Below, piece by piece: positions 9,775-18,478 of a stretch of 59,192 bases of DNA. The notes below the pieces were generated by a model. The model ran no database searches and was not told the DNA's origin. It worked only from the letters and a program-made list of their open reading frames with translations. Every line of letters begins with the position of its first letter. The first letter of the stretch is position 1. A program made the position numbers and the translations under genes. Source of the stretch: Candidatus Omnitrophota bacterium (GTDB taxonomy: Bacteria; Omnitrophota; Gorgyraeia; Gygaellales; Profunditerraquicolaceae). Where the stretch lies: contig DAONDX010000008.1 in NCBI GenBank assembly GCA_035402765.1, forward strand, positions 1-59,192, written 5' to 3'.

Positions 9775-11034
9775 CTAACAGATGACCGTGATATCTTTAT
9801 CTTTTTCAAGACGGCTGAAAAATGCCCGTGAGATATCCAGGCTGATCTTAATACCCTTTTGTAAATAATCGATCTTCTTAACCTTGGCTTGACGATAGAA
9901 AAGATCAACCAGCTCCATCCGGCGATGCGGGATAATGATCTGCAGGCTAAGCATAAAACCGGCGAAATGATCGGAAATTTTGCCGATCAAGGCATCCAGA
10001 TTTTCCCCGGTTTTAGCAGACAAAAAAATAGAATTGGGAAATTCTTTCCGGGAAACTTCCAGCCAGCTACGGTCTGAAACTAAATCCATTTTGTTTAATA
10101 CTCCGATGGTTGGCTTATCCTGGACCCCCAGTTCCTCCAAAACAGCTTGCACCGCTTGGTTATGCTGAACTAAACGCTGATCAGCCGCATCTAAAACATG
10201 GACTAATAAATCAGCGCAAGTGACCTCCTCTAAAGTAGCTTTAAAGGCTTCGATAAGATGATGCGGCAAATCGTGTAAAAACCCAACCGTATCAGATATA
10301 ATAATATTTTGCCCGTTAGGCAAAACCAGGCTTTTGGAAAGCGGATCAAGCGTAGTAAATAGTTTTTCTGAAGTGGTCTGCTTAGATGCGGTCAGCAGAT
10401 TTAATAACGTTGATTTACCGGCGCTGGTATATCCCACCAAAGCTACAAGCGGCAGATTATTATTCTCTCTTTTTTTACGGATTGTTAAACGATGCTGCCG
10501 AAACGCCTTGATATCTTCTCTTAATTTATCAATTTTTTTTCTAATTTGACGCCGGTCTATCTCTAGCTTAGTCTCTCCGGGACCGCGGGTACCTATCCCT
10601 CCCCCTAGGCCTGAAAGCATTATCCCTTTGCCGGTCAGGCGTGGCAGTAAATACTCAAGCTGAGCTAATTCCACCTGCATCTTGCCTTCCGGGCTTTTGG
10701 CCCGCTTGGAAAAAATATCCAGTATTAGCTGAGTACGATCAATAGTTTTCTTACCCCAAGCCCCCTCCAGATTGCGCTGCTGTGTCCCGCTTAAATCATG
10801 GCTGAAAATTATAACCTCAGCCTCCACTTCGTTAGCCAAAAAACCGATTTCCTCAACCTTACCTTTTCCGATAAGAAAATTAGGCGTTCCCCGGTCACAG
10901 ATGCAGATTACATTTTCTACCACTTCAACGCAAGTTGAAGAAGCCAGCTCTTCCAGTTCTGAAGAGATATCTTCAATACGCCAGTGATGTTGATCCGTTT
11001 TTAATTGCACGCTTACCAGGAGAGCTTTTTCCAT
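9775..11034 (-). CDS. hflX: GTPase HflX
   Basis: [27 protein letters not shown]1 [24 protein letters not shown]. Confidence 0.96.
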   Translation of the reverse strand: MEKALLVSVQLKTDQHHWRIEDISSELEELASSTCVEVVENVICICDRGTPNFLIGKGKVEEIGFLANEVEAEVIIFSHDLSGTQQRNLEGAWGKKTIDRTQLILDIFSKRAKSPEGKMQVELAQLEYLLPRLTGKGIMLSGLGGGIGTRGPGETKLEIDRRQIRKKIDKLREDIKAFRQHRLTIRKKRENNNLPLVALVGYTSAGKSTLLNLLTASKQTTSEKLFTTLDPLSKSLVLPNGQNIIISDTVGFLHDLPHHLIEAFKATLEEVTCADLLVHVLDAADQRLVQHNQAVQAVLEELGVQDKPTIGVLNKMDLVSDRSWLEVSRKEFPNSIFLSAKTGENLDALIGKISDHFAGFMLSLQIIIPHRRMELVDLFYRQAKVKKIDYLQKGIKISLDISRAFFSRLEKDKDITVIC

Positions 11035-11936
11035 AATTTAAGTGCGGTTTCCGCAGGTGACCCCATTTTAGTAATATTGATCCATTGAATACGTTTGTCT
11101 TTTCTAAACCAGGTTAACTGCCGCTTAGCATAATGCCGGCTGTTACGCTGCATAAGCCGCCTGCCTTCAGCTAAATCATATTTACCAGCCAAATAACCTT
11201 TTATTTCACTAACCCCGATGGCGCATTTAGCCGTTTTGCTTAATTTAAGCTTAAGCAAACATTTTACTTCCTTAATCAAACCCAGGTTAAACATCTTATC
11301 AACCCTTTGATTAATAGTATCATAAAGAACTTGCCTTGGGGCGTTTAATCCAAAAATCTTTACTTCGTACTCGCTTCCCAGACCCACTCTGTTTTTCTGC
11401 AGTAGCGAAATGGGTTTACCGGTTTTTAAATAGACTTCCAGAGCCCGGACAATCCTTCTGCCGTCATGAGGATGAATTTTTTTTGCCGCTGCGCTATCCA
11501 CCCTGGTTAAACGGCGGTAAAGATATTCATTTCCCTTGGTTTTAAGCTGCTTTTCTAATTTAGCGCGAATCAATTTATCCCGGGGAACTGCCGGAAATAA
11601 TCCATCAACAATGACTGAATAATAAAGCCCGGTTCCTCCTACAAATAACGGGGTTTTACCTCTGGCCAACAACTTATCACAAATTGCTAATGCCGCCTTA
11701 CGGTATTTAGCCGCGTTGTATTCCTGATTGGGATTGATCTCTCCCAATAAATGGTGTCTAACCTGCTTTCTTTGTTTTAGAGAAACCTGAGAGGTCAGAA
11801 TATCCATCTTCCGGTAGATCTGCATGGAATCACAAGAAATAATCTCGGCGTTGATCTTTTTGGCCACACTTATAGCTACAGCAGATTTACCTATAGCAGT
11901 AGGGCCCAGAATAAAAATTATTCTTTTTTTTAACAT
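11013..11936 (-). CDS. miaA: tRNA dimethylallyltransferase
   Basis: [45 protein letters not shown]. Confidence 0.96.
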   Translation of the reverse strand: MLKKRIIFILGPTAIGKSAVAISVAKKINAEIISCDSMQIYRKMDILTSQVSLKQRKQVRHHLLGEINPNQEYNAAKYRKAALAICDKLLARGKTPLFVGGTGLYYSVIVDGLFPAVPRDKLIRAKLEKQLKTKGNEYLYRRLTRVDSAAAKKIHPHDGRRIVRALEVYLKTGKPISLLQKNRVGLGSEYEVKIFGLNAPRQVLYDTINQRVDKMFNLGLIKEVKCLLKLKLSKTAKCAIGVSEIKGYLAGKYDLAEGRRLMQRNSRHYAKRQLTWFRKDKRIQWINITKMGSPAETALKLWKKLSW

Positions 11937-11943
11937 AGGAACA

Positions 11944-12732
11944 CTACGGGCAGATCTTGGTTTGGAAACCTTCTCGGGAAAGCTTAGTTTCTAATTCCAG
12001 GGCTTCTTTCTGCTCCTTAAATTTTCCCACCCTGACCCTATACCCTGAACCGAAACTTTCTACGTAAGCCGGGTAATTTTTGCTTAACAATTTATCTTTC
12101 AGGTTATTAGCATTAGCACTATTGGAAAAAAATCCTATCTGCACAGAATATTCATCTTCATTTCGCCCCGGTCCGCAAAATATCTCAGGAATCCGGGCCG
12201 GAGTATTAATAAATGTGATATCTTTATTTACCTTCAACTCCGGACTCAAGGGAAAATCTCTTCTCAATTTAGACAAATAGTCATTGCCTTTTTGATGGTT
12301 CCCCCGCTTAAATTCCAGTTGGCTTAACCGGTACCAAATGGCAGGCTTCTGGTCGCTGTTAGGATTATCATTGATCAATTTATTATACGCATCTTCTGCC
12401 TGTTGAAATTCTCCGGAGATTAAATAAGTATCCGCCAGGGCCAGGCTTGCTTCTGCTTTGAACCTGCTGTTGGAAGTCTTTAAGATGCGCCGGAAACAGG
12501 CTTGCGCCGGTTCGATTTTAAATTCTTTGAGATAACTTAAGCCTAAAATATAGTTTAAATCATCCGCATTGCCCAAATGCGCCCGCTCGGCTTCGGGTTG
12601 TCCTTCGAAAATGACCCGCCGGTAATTACCTTGCAAAAAATCGGCTTTTAAGGACTCCAGGTCCAGCGCCAGAGCAGGCCGACAGATAACCAAAAAAACC
12701 AAAACTATCAGAATAAATTTAATTTTTTTCAT
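11944..12732 (-). CDS. Exported TPR + SPOR domain protein
   Basis: Signal peptide, TPR-like helices (EASLALAD..., AIWYRLSQL), C-terminal YSVQIGFFSN...YRVRVGKF SPOR motif. Confidence 0.85.
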   Translation of the reverse strand: MKKIKFILIVLVFLVICRPALALDLESLKADFLQGNYRRVIFEGQPEAERAHLGNADDLNYILGLSYLKEFKIEPAQACFRRILKTSNSRFKAEASLALADTYLISGEFQQAEDAYNKLINDNPNSDQKPAIWYRLSQLEFKRGNHQKGNDYLSKLRRDFPLSPELKVNKDITFINTPARIPEIFCGPGRNEDEYSVQIGFFSNSANANNLKDKLLSKNYPAYVESFGSGYRVRVGKFKEQKEALELETKLSREGFQTKICP

Positions 12733-13922
12733 GTTCGCTTACCGCTTAACTCTCTAGAAATATTTCTTTGTAAATCCAGGATTTTTTTATGCCGTTTTTC
12801 TTTCTCCTGCAGCTTAAGTACATCAACTATTTTAGCCGCCTCAGTACCCGGACGAGATGAATATTTAAAAATATAAGCAGCATTAAACCTGACACTCTTA
12901 ACTAACGCGCAGGTTTCCTGAAATTCTTCGGCGGTTTCAGTAGGAAATCCCACAATGATATCAGTAGTTAACAAGCCCTGCTTAACAATTTTACGATAAG
13001 AATCAATTAATGCCAAGTAATCTTTTACGGTATAGCCCCGACGCATCAATTTCAAGATCCTGTCTGAGCCTGACTGTAACGGCAAATGCAGCCGTTTGAC
13101 TGATTTTTCCAAATCTCTGATCGCCTTAAAAAAATCAGGATTCGCATCCTTCGGATGCGAGGTAAAAAAATCAAATTCTTTTAAACCATCCAAGGCGTTA
13201 ACCTGCTTGAGCAATTTAGTAAAATTGACCTGTTCGTCCCGGTAAGCATTAACATTTTGCCCTAAAAGAGTCACCTTAGTAACTCCCTGCCCTATAGCTT
13301 GCTCTATTTCAGCTAATATATTTTTATACTTGCGGTGGCGTAAAGGACCGCGCACATAGGGCACAACACAATAAGAACAAAAATTGGAACAACCTTCAGA
13401 GATCACAACATAAGCTTGTTTTTTATCCTGATAGAAACCGCTGTGATAAACCTCCTCCGGCCGCTTCAAGCCGTCTGTCTCCCATATCTTACGGTCATAT
13501 AAACTTTTCGCTGAAAGTTGCCGCTTGTCCGCGGATAACTGGCCGATGATCCCCGGTATTTTTTCGATATCTTGAGGCCCGACTACAAAACTGATATGGG
13601 AATCACGCTCAAAAGCCTGCTGCTTATAATTCTGGGCCATGCAGCCTACTAAACCGATGATTTTAGAACCCTTATAACTGCCGATTAAGCTCCAAACCCT
13701 TTCTTCGGCGTGTTTACGCACTGAACAGGTGTTAAAAATTACGATATCTGCCTCCTGATCGGTACCGCTAAGCCGATAGCCGGACTTCTGCAACAAACCG
13801 CAGATTACTTCCGAGTCCCGAACGTTCATCTGACAGCCAAAAGTACGCACATGGAAACTCATAGCTAAATTACGAATTTTTACTAATTCCTTAGCGGTCG
13901 ACATTTTTTTGTTTTTTAGCAT
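12729..13922 (-). CDS. miaB: tRNA methylthiotransferase MiaB (no TRAM domain apparent)
   Basis: TFGCQMN, NTCSVR..AE, GCMAQ, radical SAM CSNFCSYC, TDIIVGFPTET, FKYSSRPGT; adjacent to miaA. Confidence 0.88.
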   Translation of the reverse strand: MLKNKKMSTAKELVKIRNLAMSFHVRTFGCQMNVRDSEVICGLLQKSGYRLSGTDQEADIVIFNTCSVRKHAEERVWSLIGSYKGSKIIGLVGCMAQNYKQQAFERDSHISFVVGPQDIEKIPGIIGQLSADKRQLSAKSLYDRKIWETDGLKRPEEVYHSGFYQDKKQAYVVISEGCSNFCSYCVVPYVRGPLRHRKYKNILAEIEQAIGQGVTKVTLLGQNVNAYRDEQVNFTKLLKQVNALDGLKEFDFFTSHPKDANPDFFKAIRDLEKSVKRLHLPLQSGSDRILKLMRRGYTVKDYLALIDSYRKIVKQGLLTTDIIVGFPTETAEEFQETCALVKSVRFNAAYIFKYSSRPGTEAAKIVDVLKLQEKEKRHKKILDLQRNISRELSGKRT

Positions 13923-13932
13923 TAACTGAAGC

Positions 13933-15234
13933 TTACAATCCTTCTTCTTTAATCTTATTAAATATATTCCTGGCCATTAATCCATACCCTTTGGCCGTAC
14001 AGTGGCCATCCGGAACAAAAATTTTTTCCCGGGGTTCTCCCTGGTCCAATATTTTTTTAAAAATAGCGTTATTGTCCACAAAAGGTAAATCCAAATCCCG
14101 GGCAATTTCAGGCAAAAGAAAGTTATTAAAATAGTGCGCTCGATGGCCTGGCGACATGCTGTCAATAGGAGGAAAATTCTGCAGGAGCACTTTTATCTTT
14201 CTATTTTTTATTACCTCAACCATCTCTCGAATATCTGAATCAACCCATTGGTAGATCTCCTGATTACTCAAAGATAGAAAATTAGCCGATTGCTGCGGGT
14301 GAGTCTTTTTAAACTCCGCGATAAACTCATCAATTAATTTCTTTAGCTGCGGATCGCCGGAAAGCTTAAGAACTACCCTAAGAAAAAAATAATTCCGATT
14401 CTCTTCCTCCTTCCGATATCCGGAATCTGCTTTTATGCCCCGGATAAACCATTGCGCGGCTTCTTTATATTTTTTTTGAAAAAGGCAGATTTCACCCAGA
14501 TAGCGATAGTTATTTACATCGGCTGGGCGTAAAGCCAGCAATTCATTAAAAAATTTTATTTTTCTTTCAACTTCCTCGTCAATAGTCAATACTTGATTAT
14601 TCATATAGTAGTTTGTTTCCAGGCGCCTGAACCATTCCACGGCTTCGGTATAACGCGCATCATTTTCCATTGCCAGCGGATCCGGCTGTCTTACTTTTTC
14701 CCTTAACTCGTCAATTAACAATAAACTTAACCGATAAACACGACAAGAATATAAAAGGTCATTTAAATAAAAAATAAATTTCTTACGGAAAGCGCCTTTT
14801 TTATTTACTTTCCGCAGATACCTTGCATATTGATATTGATTCCAAAAATTAGGTTGACCGGTTTGCAGAATGATCAAATCCGGCTGCCACTTCATGATGT
14901 CATATTCAATCCTATTTAATAACTCCGAAGAATTCTGATTACTGACACCGGCATTTATTACCACCGCATTTTTCTCCGGGAATTCCTGATCAAATAATTT
15001 CTGCAATTGATCCGGATACCCCTGGCCCGCAGGAGCGCCGGCTCCCAGAGTAAATGAATTCCCTAAACACAATATGATATACGGCTTATGCTTATGGCTG
15101 GATAAAGAAACCCGATCAAATACCGGATTATTTCTAAAAACTGTTCCGGCAATACGCAAACCTGCCTCCAGCAGGAATAAAGCCGTTACTAATCCGATAC
15201 CAAACGCCAGCATTCTTTGTTTTCGCCTATCCAT
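13933..15234 (-). CDS. Membrane-anchored SGNH/GDSL hydrolase with TPR-like insertion
   Basis: N-terminal TM (LLEAGLR), block I LCLGNSFTLG, INAGVS, C-terminal PDGHCTAKGYGLMA. Confidence 0.8.
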   Translation of the reverse strand: MDRRKQRMLAFGIGLVTALFLLEAGLRIAGTVFRNNPVFDRVSLSSHKHKPYIILCLGNSFTLGAGAPAGQGYPDQLQKLFDQEFPEKNAVVINAGVSNQNSSELLNRIEYDIMKWQPDLIILQTGQPNFWNQYQYARYLRKVNKKGAFRKKFIFYLNDLLYSCRVYRLSLLLIDELREKVRQPDPLAMENDARYTEAVEWFRRLETNYYMNNQVLTIDEEVERKIKFFNELLALRPADVNNYRYLGEICLFQKKYKEAAQWFIRGIKADSGYRKEEENRNYFFLRVVLKLSGDPQLKKLIDEFIAEFKKTHPQQSANFLSLSNQEIYQWVDSDIREMVEVIKNRKIKVLLQNFPPIDSMSPGHRAHYFNNFLLPEIARDLDLPFVDNNAIFKKILDQGEPREKIFVPDGHCTAKGYGLMARNIFNKIKEEGL

Positions 15235-16920
15235 TTAAACTCTCTTATTAATTATGTAATTTCCCAGCACCAGGCAATCCATCTGGCTTTGGTTAAAACT
15301 GTTAAGGGCATCCTGCGGCGAACAAACGATCGGCTCTCCTTTTAAATTAAAAGAAGTATTGATCAAAATCGGTAAACCCGTAATACTTTCAAAATCTTTA
15401 ATTAACTGCCAGAATTTAGGATTGGTTTCTTTATTTACTGTTTGCACCCTGGCTGTTCCGTCAACATGGACTACTCCGGGAATAGACTCACGTTTTTCGT
15501 TTCTAACCTTAGGCGCCAGCAGCATGAACGCGGATTTACCGGAAAGATTAAAAAACTCATCTTTTCTTTCTTCCAGTACTGCCGGGGCAAAGGGCCGGAA
15601 AGGCTCCCGGTGTTTAACTTTAGAATTTAGCAGCTCATTAATCCCCGGACAGGCGGGATGAGCCAAGATCGAACGATTGCCAAGCGCGCGGGGGCCAAAT
15701 TCCATCCTCCCCTGGAACCAGCCAATGATCTGGTTTTTAGCCAGTCTTACCGCAATATCTTTAGTCAGCTCGGTTTCACTGCATTCCTGGAAATTTAGAC
15801 CGGAATTTAACAAGATTGTTTTTATCCGCTCAGGCGAAAAATCAGGACCCAAATATGGATGCGTCATGACATAATTTCTATTTTTTTTAAAAATTGCGCA
15901 ATGGGCATAAACAGCTGCGCCGATTGCCGCGCCGGCATCACCCGCAGCCGGCTGGACAAAAAGCTCTTCGAATAATCCGTCTTCAAGGATCTTACTATTT
16001 GCGACACAATTCAAAAAAGTTCCTCCGGCAAGACAAAGTTTTTTAAGTTTCGTTTCATTAAAAATATTCCTGGAAATAGCAACCAGTGTTTCTTCAGTAA
16101 ACTTTTGAAGGCTTGAGGCTATATCGCAATGTCTTTGCTGAAGAGCCTCTAGGGGTTTTCTTTCTTCACCAAACAATTTTATAAACTTTCTGCTATACAT
16201 CCTGCGGCCTTGGTTAAAACTAAAATACCCAGGATCCAAAATAAAACTGCCATCCGGTTTGCTGGAAAAAATTTTCTTGAATTTATCAAGGTATGCAGGT
16301 TCACCGCAGCCGGCCAGCGCCATTACTGTTCCTTCATCTTTATTTGCGGAAAAACCCAGATAAGCGGTTAGTGATGAATACAGCAAACCTAATGAATTGG
16401 GATAGCGCAACTCTTTATAAATCTTTATATCATTGCCCCTTCCCAAACCACAGGTCAAAGTCGCCCACTCGCCTATTCCATCAGAAGTTAAAATAGCCGC
16501 TTGTTCAAAAGGCGAGACTAAAAATGCGCTGGCAGCATGCGAAAGATGATGGTTAACGAATAAAGTTTTTCCTTTAAAACCGGTTTCTTTTTCTAAGGTA
16601 AGCGGCAGGATCAATCTATCCTGGAGCCATTTCGGCATAGTCTTAAGAAAATTCGTGAATGAAAACGGCCAGGTTTTTAAATGGTCTAAAACCACACGGT
16701 GGAATTTAAGAAAAGGCTTTTCATAAAAAGCGACATAGTCGATATCAGAAAAAGCAATCTTGGATTCCTGAACACAAAAATTGATCGCGTTAATCGGAAA
16801 ATCAGCCGAATTTTTTATTCGGTTAAATCTTTCTTCCTGGGCGGCAGCCACAACTATTCCATCTTTAATTAAACAAGCCGCAGCATCATGGTAATAACAA
16901 GATATACCTAGGATATTCAC
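15235..16920 (-). CDS. Carbamoyltransferase (NodU/CmcH/SxtI family)
   Basis: ILGISCYYHDAAACL, HHLSHAASAF, DGIGEW, AGGTFLNCVAN, QPAAGDAG, GRMEFGPRALGNRSIL, REPFRPFAP, NTSFN. Confidence 0.95.
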   Translation of the reverse strand: MNILGISCYYHDAAACLIKDGIVVAAAQEERFNRIKNSADFPINAINFCVQESKIAFSDIDYVAFYEKPFLKFHRVVLDHLKTWPFSFTNFLKTMPKWLQDRLILPLTLEKETGFKGKTLFVNHHLSHAASAFLVSPFEQAAILTSDGIGEWATLTCGLGRGNDIKIYKELRYPNSLGLLYSSLTAYLGFSANKDEGTVMALAGCGEPAYLDKFKKIFSSKPDGSFILDPGYFSFNQGRRMYSRKFIKLFGEERKPLEALQQRHCDIASSLQKFTEETLVAISRNIFNETKLKKLCLAGGTFLNCVANSKILEDGLFEELFVQPAAGDAGAAIGAAVYAHCAIFKKNRNYVMTHPYLGPDFSPERIKTILLNSGLNFQECSETELTKDIAVRLAKNQIIGWFQGRMEFGPRALGNRSILAHPACPGINELLNSKVKHREPFRPFAPAVLEERKDEFFNLSGKSAFMLLAPKVRNEKRESIPGVVHVDGTARVQTVNKETNPKFWQLIKDFESITGLPILINTSFNLKGEPIVCSPQDALNSFNQSQMDCLVLGNYIINKRV

Positions 16921-16958
16921 CGTTTGATCTCTACTTTCTTAAGCTTGAAACTATTTTA

Positions 16959-17120
16959 TTAAAATCCAGCATAGATAAATGAAGTAATCACCGCGGGCCC
17001 GATGGAATAAACCAAAAAACCCAGCAGGATAAGCATAATAAATATCGGTGATAAAAACAATAATTTATGCTGTTTAATTAAATAAATTGTTTCCTTAAAC
17101 ATATAAATAATCTTGCCCAA
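16959..17120 (-). CDS. DUF5989/SxtK-like small membrane protein (53 aa; absent from the ORF track)
   Basis: AGGAGG RBS, TTG start; MGKIIYMFKETIYLIKQHKLLFLSPIFIMLILLGFLVYSIGPAVITSFIYAGF; position between an SxtJ-like gene and the carbamoyltransferase. Confidence 0.8.
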   Translation of the reverse strand: MGKIIYMFKETIYLIKQHKLLFLSPIFIMLILLGFLVYSIGPAVITSFIYAGF

Positions 17121-17136
17121 AGATTACCTCCTTTTT

Positions 17137-17379
17137 TTAAGACTGCCTGAGGCTGCGGTCAATATCTGCGGCATACCCTTTGGTTTTATGCCAATATGTG
17201 TCCTGAGCATGATATTCGGAGGTTAAGGCCCGCCGGTTAAAAATTACCAGCAAACATAAAGTAATCCCAAAACCGAAAAAATATAAAATAAATAACAAAA
17301 CCATCAGGAATATTTTTTGCGTTTCCCTGACAAAATTTTTAATACCAGCCCGGATGCTTTTAAAATAATGTTTTATCAA
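17137..17379 (-). CDS. SxtJ-like small membrane protein
   Basis: Hydrophobic LLFILYFFGFGITLCLLVIF followed by DTYWH and an RQS terminus, resembling the C-terminal half of SxtJ; context. Confidence 0.65.
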   Translation of the reverse strand: MIKHYFKSIRAGIKNFVRETQKIFLMVLLFILYFFGFGITLCLLVIFNRRALTSEYHAQDTYWHKTKGYAADIDRSLRQS

Positions 17380-17436
17380 TCCGTTTATCCTTTCGCCTGA
17401 TCCCGGGATACCTTAAAGTTAATACCTGTTTTTTAT

Positions 17437-18435
17437 TTAATCACTAAACCGGTAATCTAATTTAGCAGCAATCGAATTTAATAGATCATTAGAAAAATTA
17501 ACTTCCAGGTTTTTTAACGCTTCCTGCCGGCTTAACAATCCTTCCCGGATAAGCTTGCTCATCTCAACATGATAATGCGTATAACCGTAATGCTTCATGG
17601 AGTTATGCACAGAAATAAAATTCAAATAACAGTTAGTAGAATTTAACGGGTAACTTAACTTTGGTAATTTCCATTTCAGCTCTTCTGTAATTAATTTGAC
17701 GTAGGCCTGCGGGTCAAAAGGTAAAAACCAGTGCGGAGATAAAACAACGCATTTTTGCCGCAATTTGGCTCTTTTGAGCACCTCTTCCATATTTTTAGGG
17801 AAATTATTGTATTTAGGATTATTTCTGATATATTCCTCTAAAAATTCTTTCGTGGCTTGGCCCATTGACGAGAATTCGGGTTGGTGTATATTGCAGCCGC
17901 ACCTGGACATTAAGGGTTGCTTCGAAGATTGTCCTTTAGTCCAACCGGCAATAATTACCGGAATATTATAGCGGAATGCAGTTTTAAAAGCCAAATCCAT
18001 ATACCAAATACTGCAGGGATGGCAAATAACCGCCCGGGAATTTGTTTTCACCATCTCCCTGAACATTTCGTGCATAAAATCACTTTTAAAAAATAAACAA
18101 TCGACGCCTAATATTTCTACCGCATTCTTCACATTCTCCAGAGCCTCTTGGGTTTCGAAACCATGGTCAAAGGTGAAAGCCAGCGGATTTAATTTATACC
18201 TTTTCTTCATATAATAAAGGGCCGAGGTGCTGTCCTTGCCTCCGCTGCACATGACCAAGCAATCATATTCTCCTCTACTTTTATACATCTTTAACAATTT
18301 AATAAAATCCGTTTCTAGAAATTTAGCCTGATCAGATTTTTCTTTTTCATCTTCAAGACAGACGTTACAAACCCCTTGGGCGTTAAGCCAGATATCCGGT
18401 TTATGTTCCGGTAAAACACATTTCTTGCAAATCAT
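17437..18435 (-). CDS. N-acetyl sugar amidotransferase family (PP-loop ATP pyrophosphatase)
   Basis: CKKCVLP...GVCNVC, YDCLVMCSGGKDST, TFDHGF, CHPC, GYTHYHVEMSKLIREGLLSRQEAL. Confidence 0.85.
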   Translation of the reverse strand: MICKKCVLPEHKPDIWLNAQGVCNVCLEDEKEKSDQAKFLETDFIKLLKMYKSRGEYDCLVMCSGGKDSTSALYYMKKRYKLNPLAFTFDHGFETQEALENVKNAVEILGVDCLFFKSDFMHEMFREMVKTNSRAVICHPCSIWYMDLAFKTAFRYNIPVIIAGWTKGQSSKQPLMSRCGCNIHQPEFSSMGQATKEFLEEYIRNNPKYNNFPKNMEEVLKRAKLRQKCVVLSPHWFLPFDPQAYVKLITEELKWKLPKLSYPLNSTNCYLNFISVHNSMKHYGYTHYHVEMSKLIREGLLSRQEALKNLEVNFSNDLLNSIAAKLDYRFSD

Positions 18436-18478
18436 CTAAACCTCCGAAAAGACCGCTTTTTTTTAAACACGCTATTAG

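Noticed and set aside
13933-17379. Saxitoxin biosynthesis cluster
   Set aside because: Only the accessory sxtIJKL-like genes are present; the core enzymes are absent and the neighbours are glycan-modifying.
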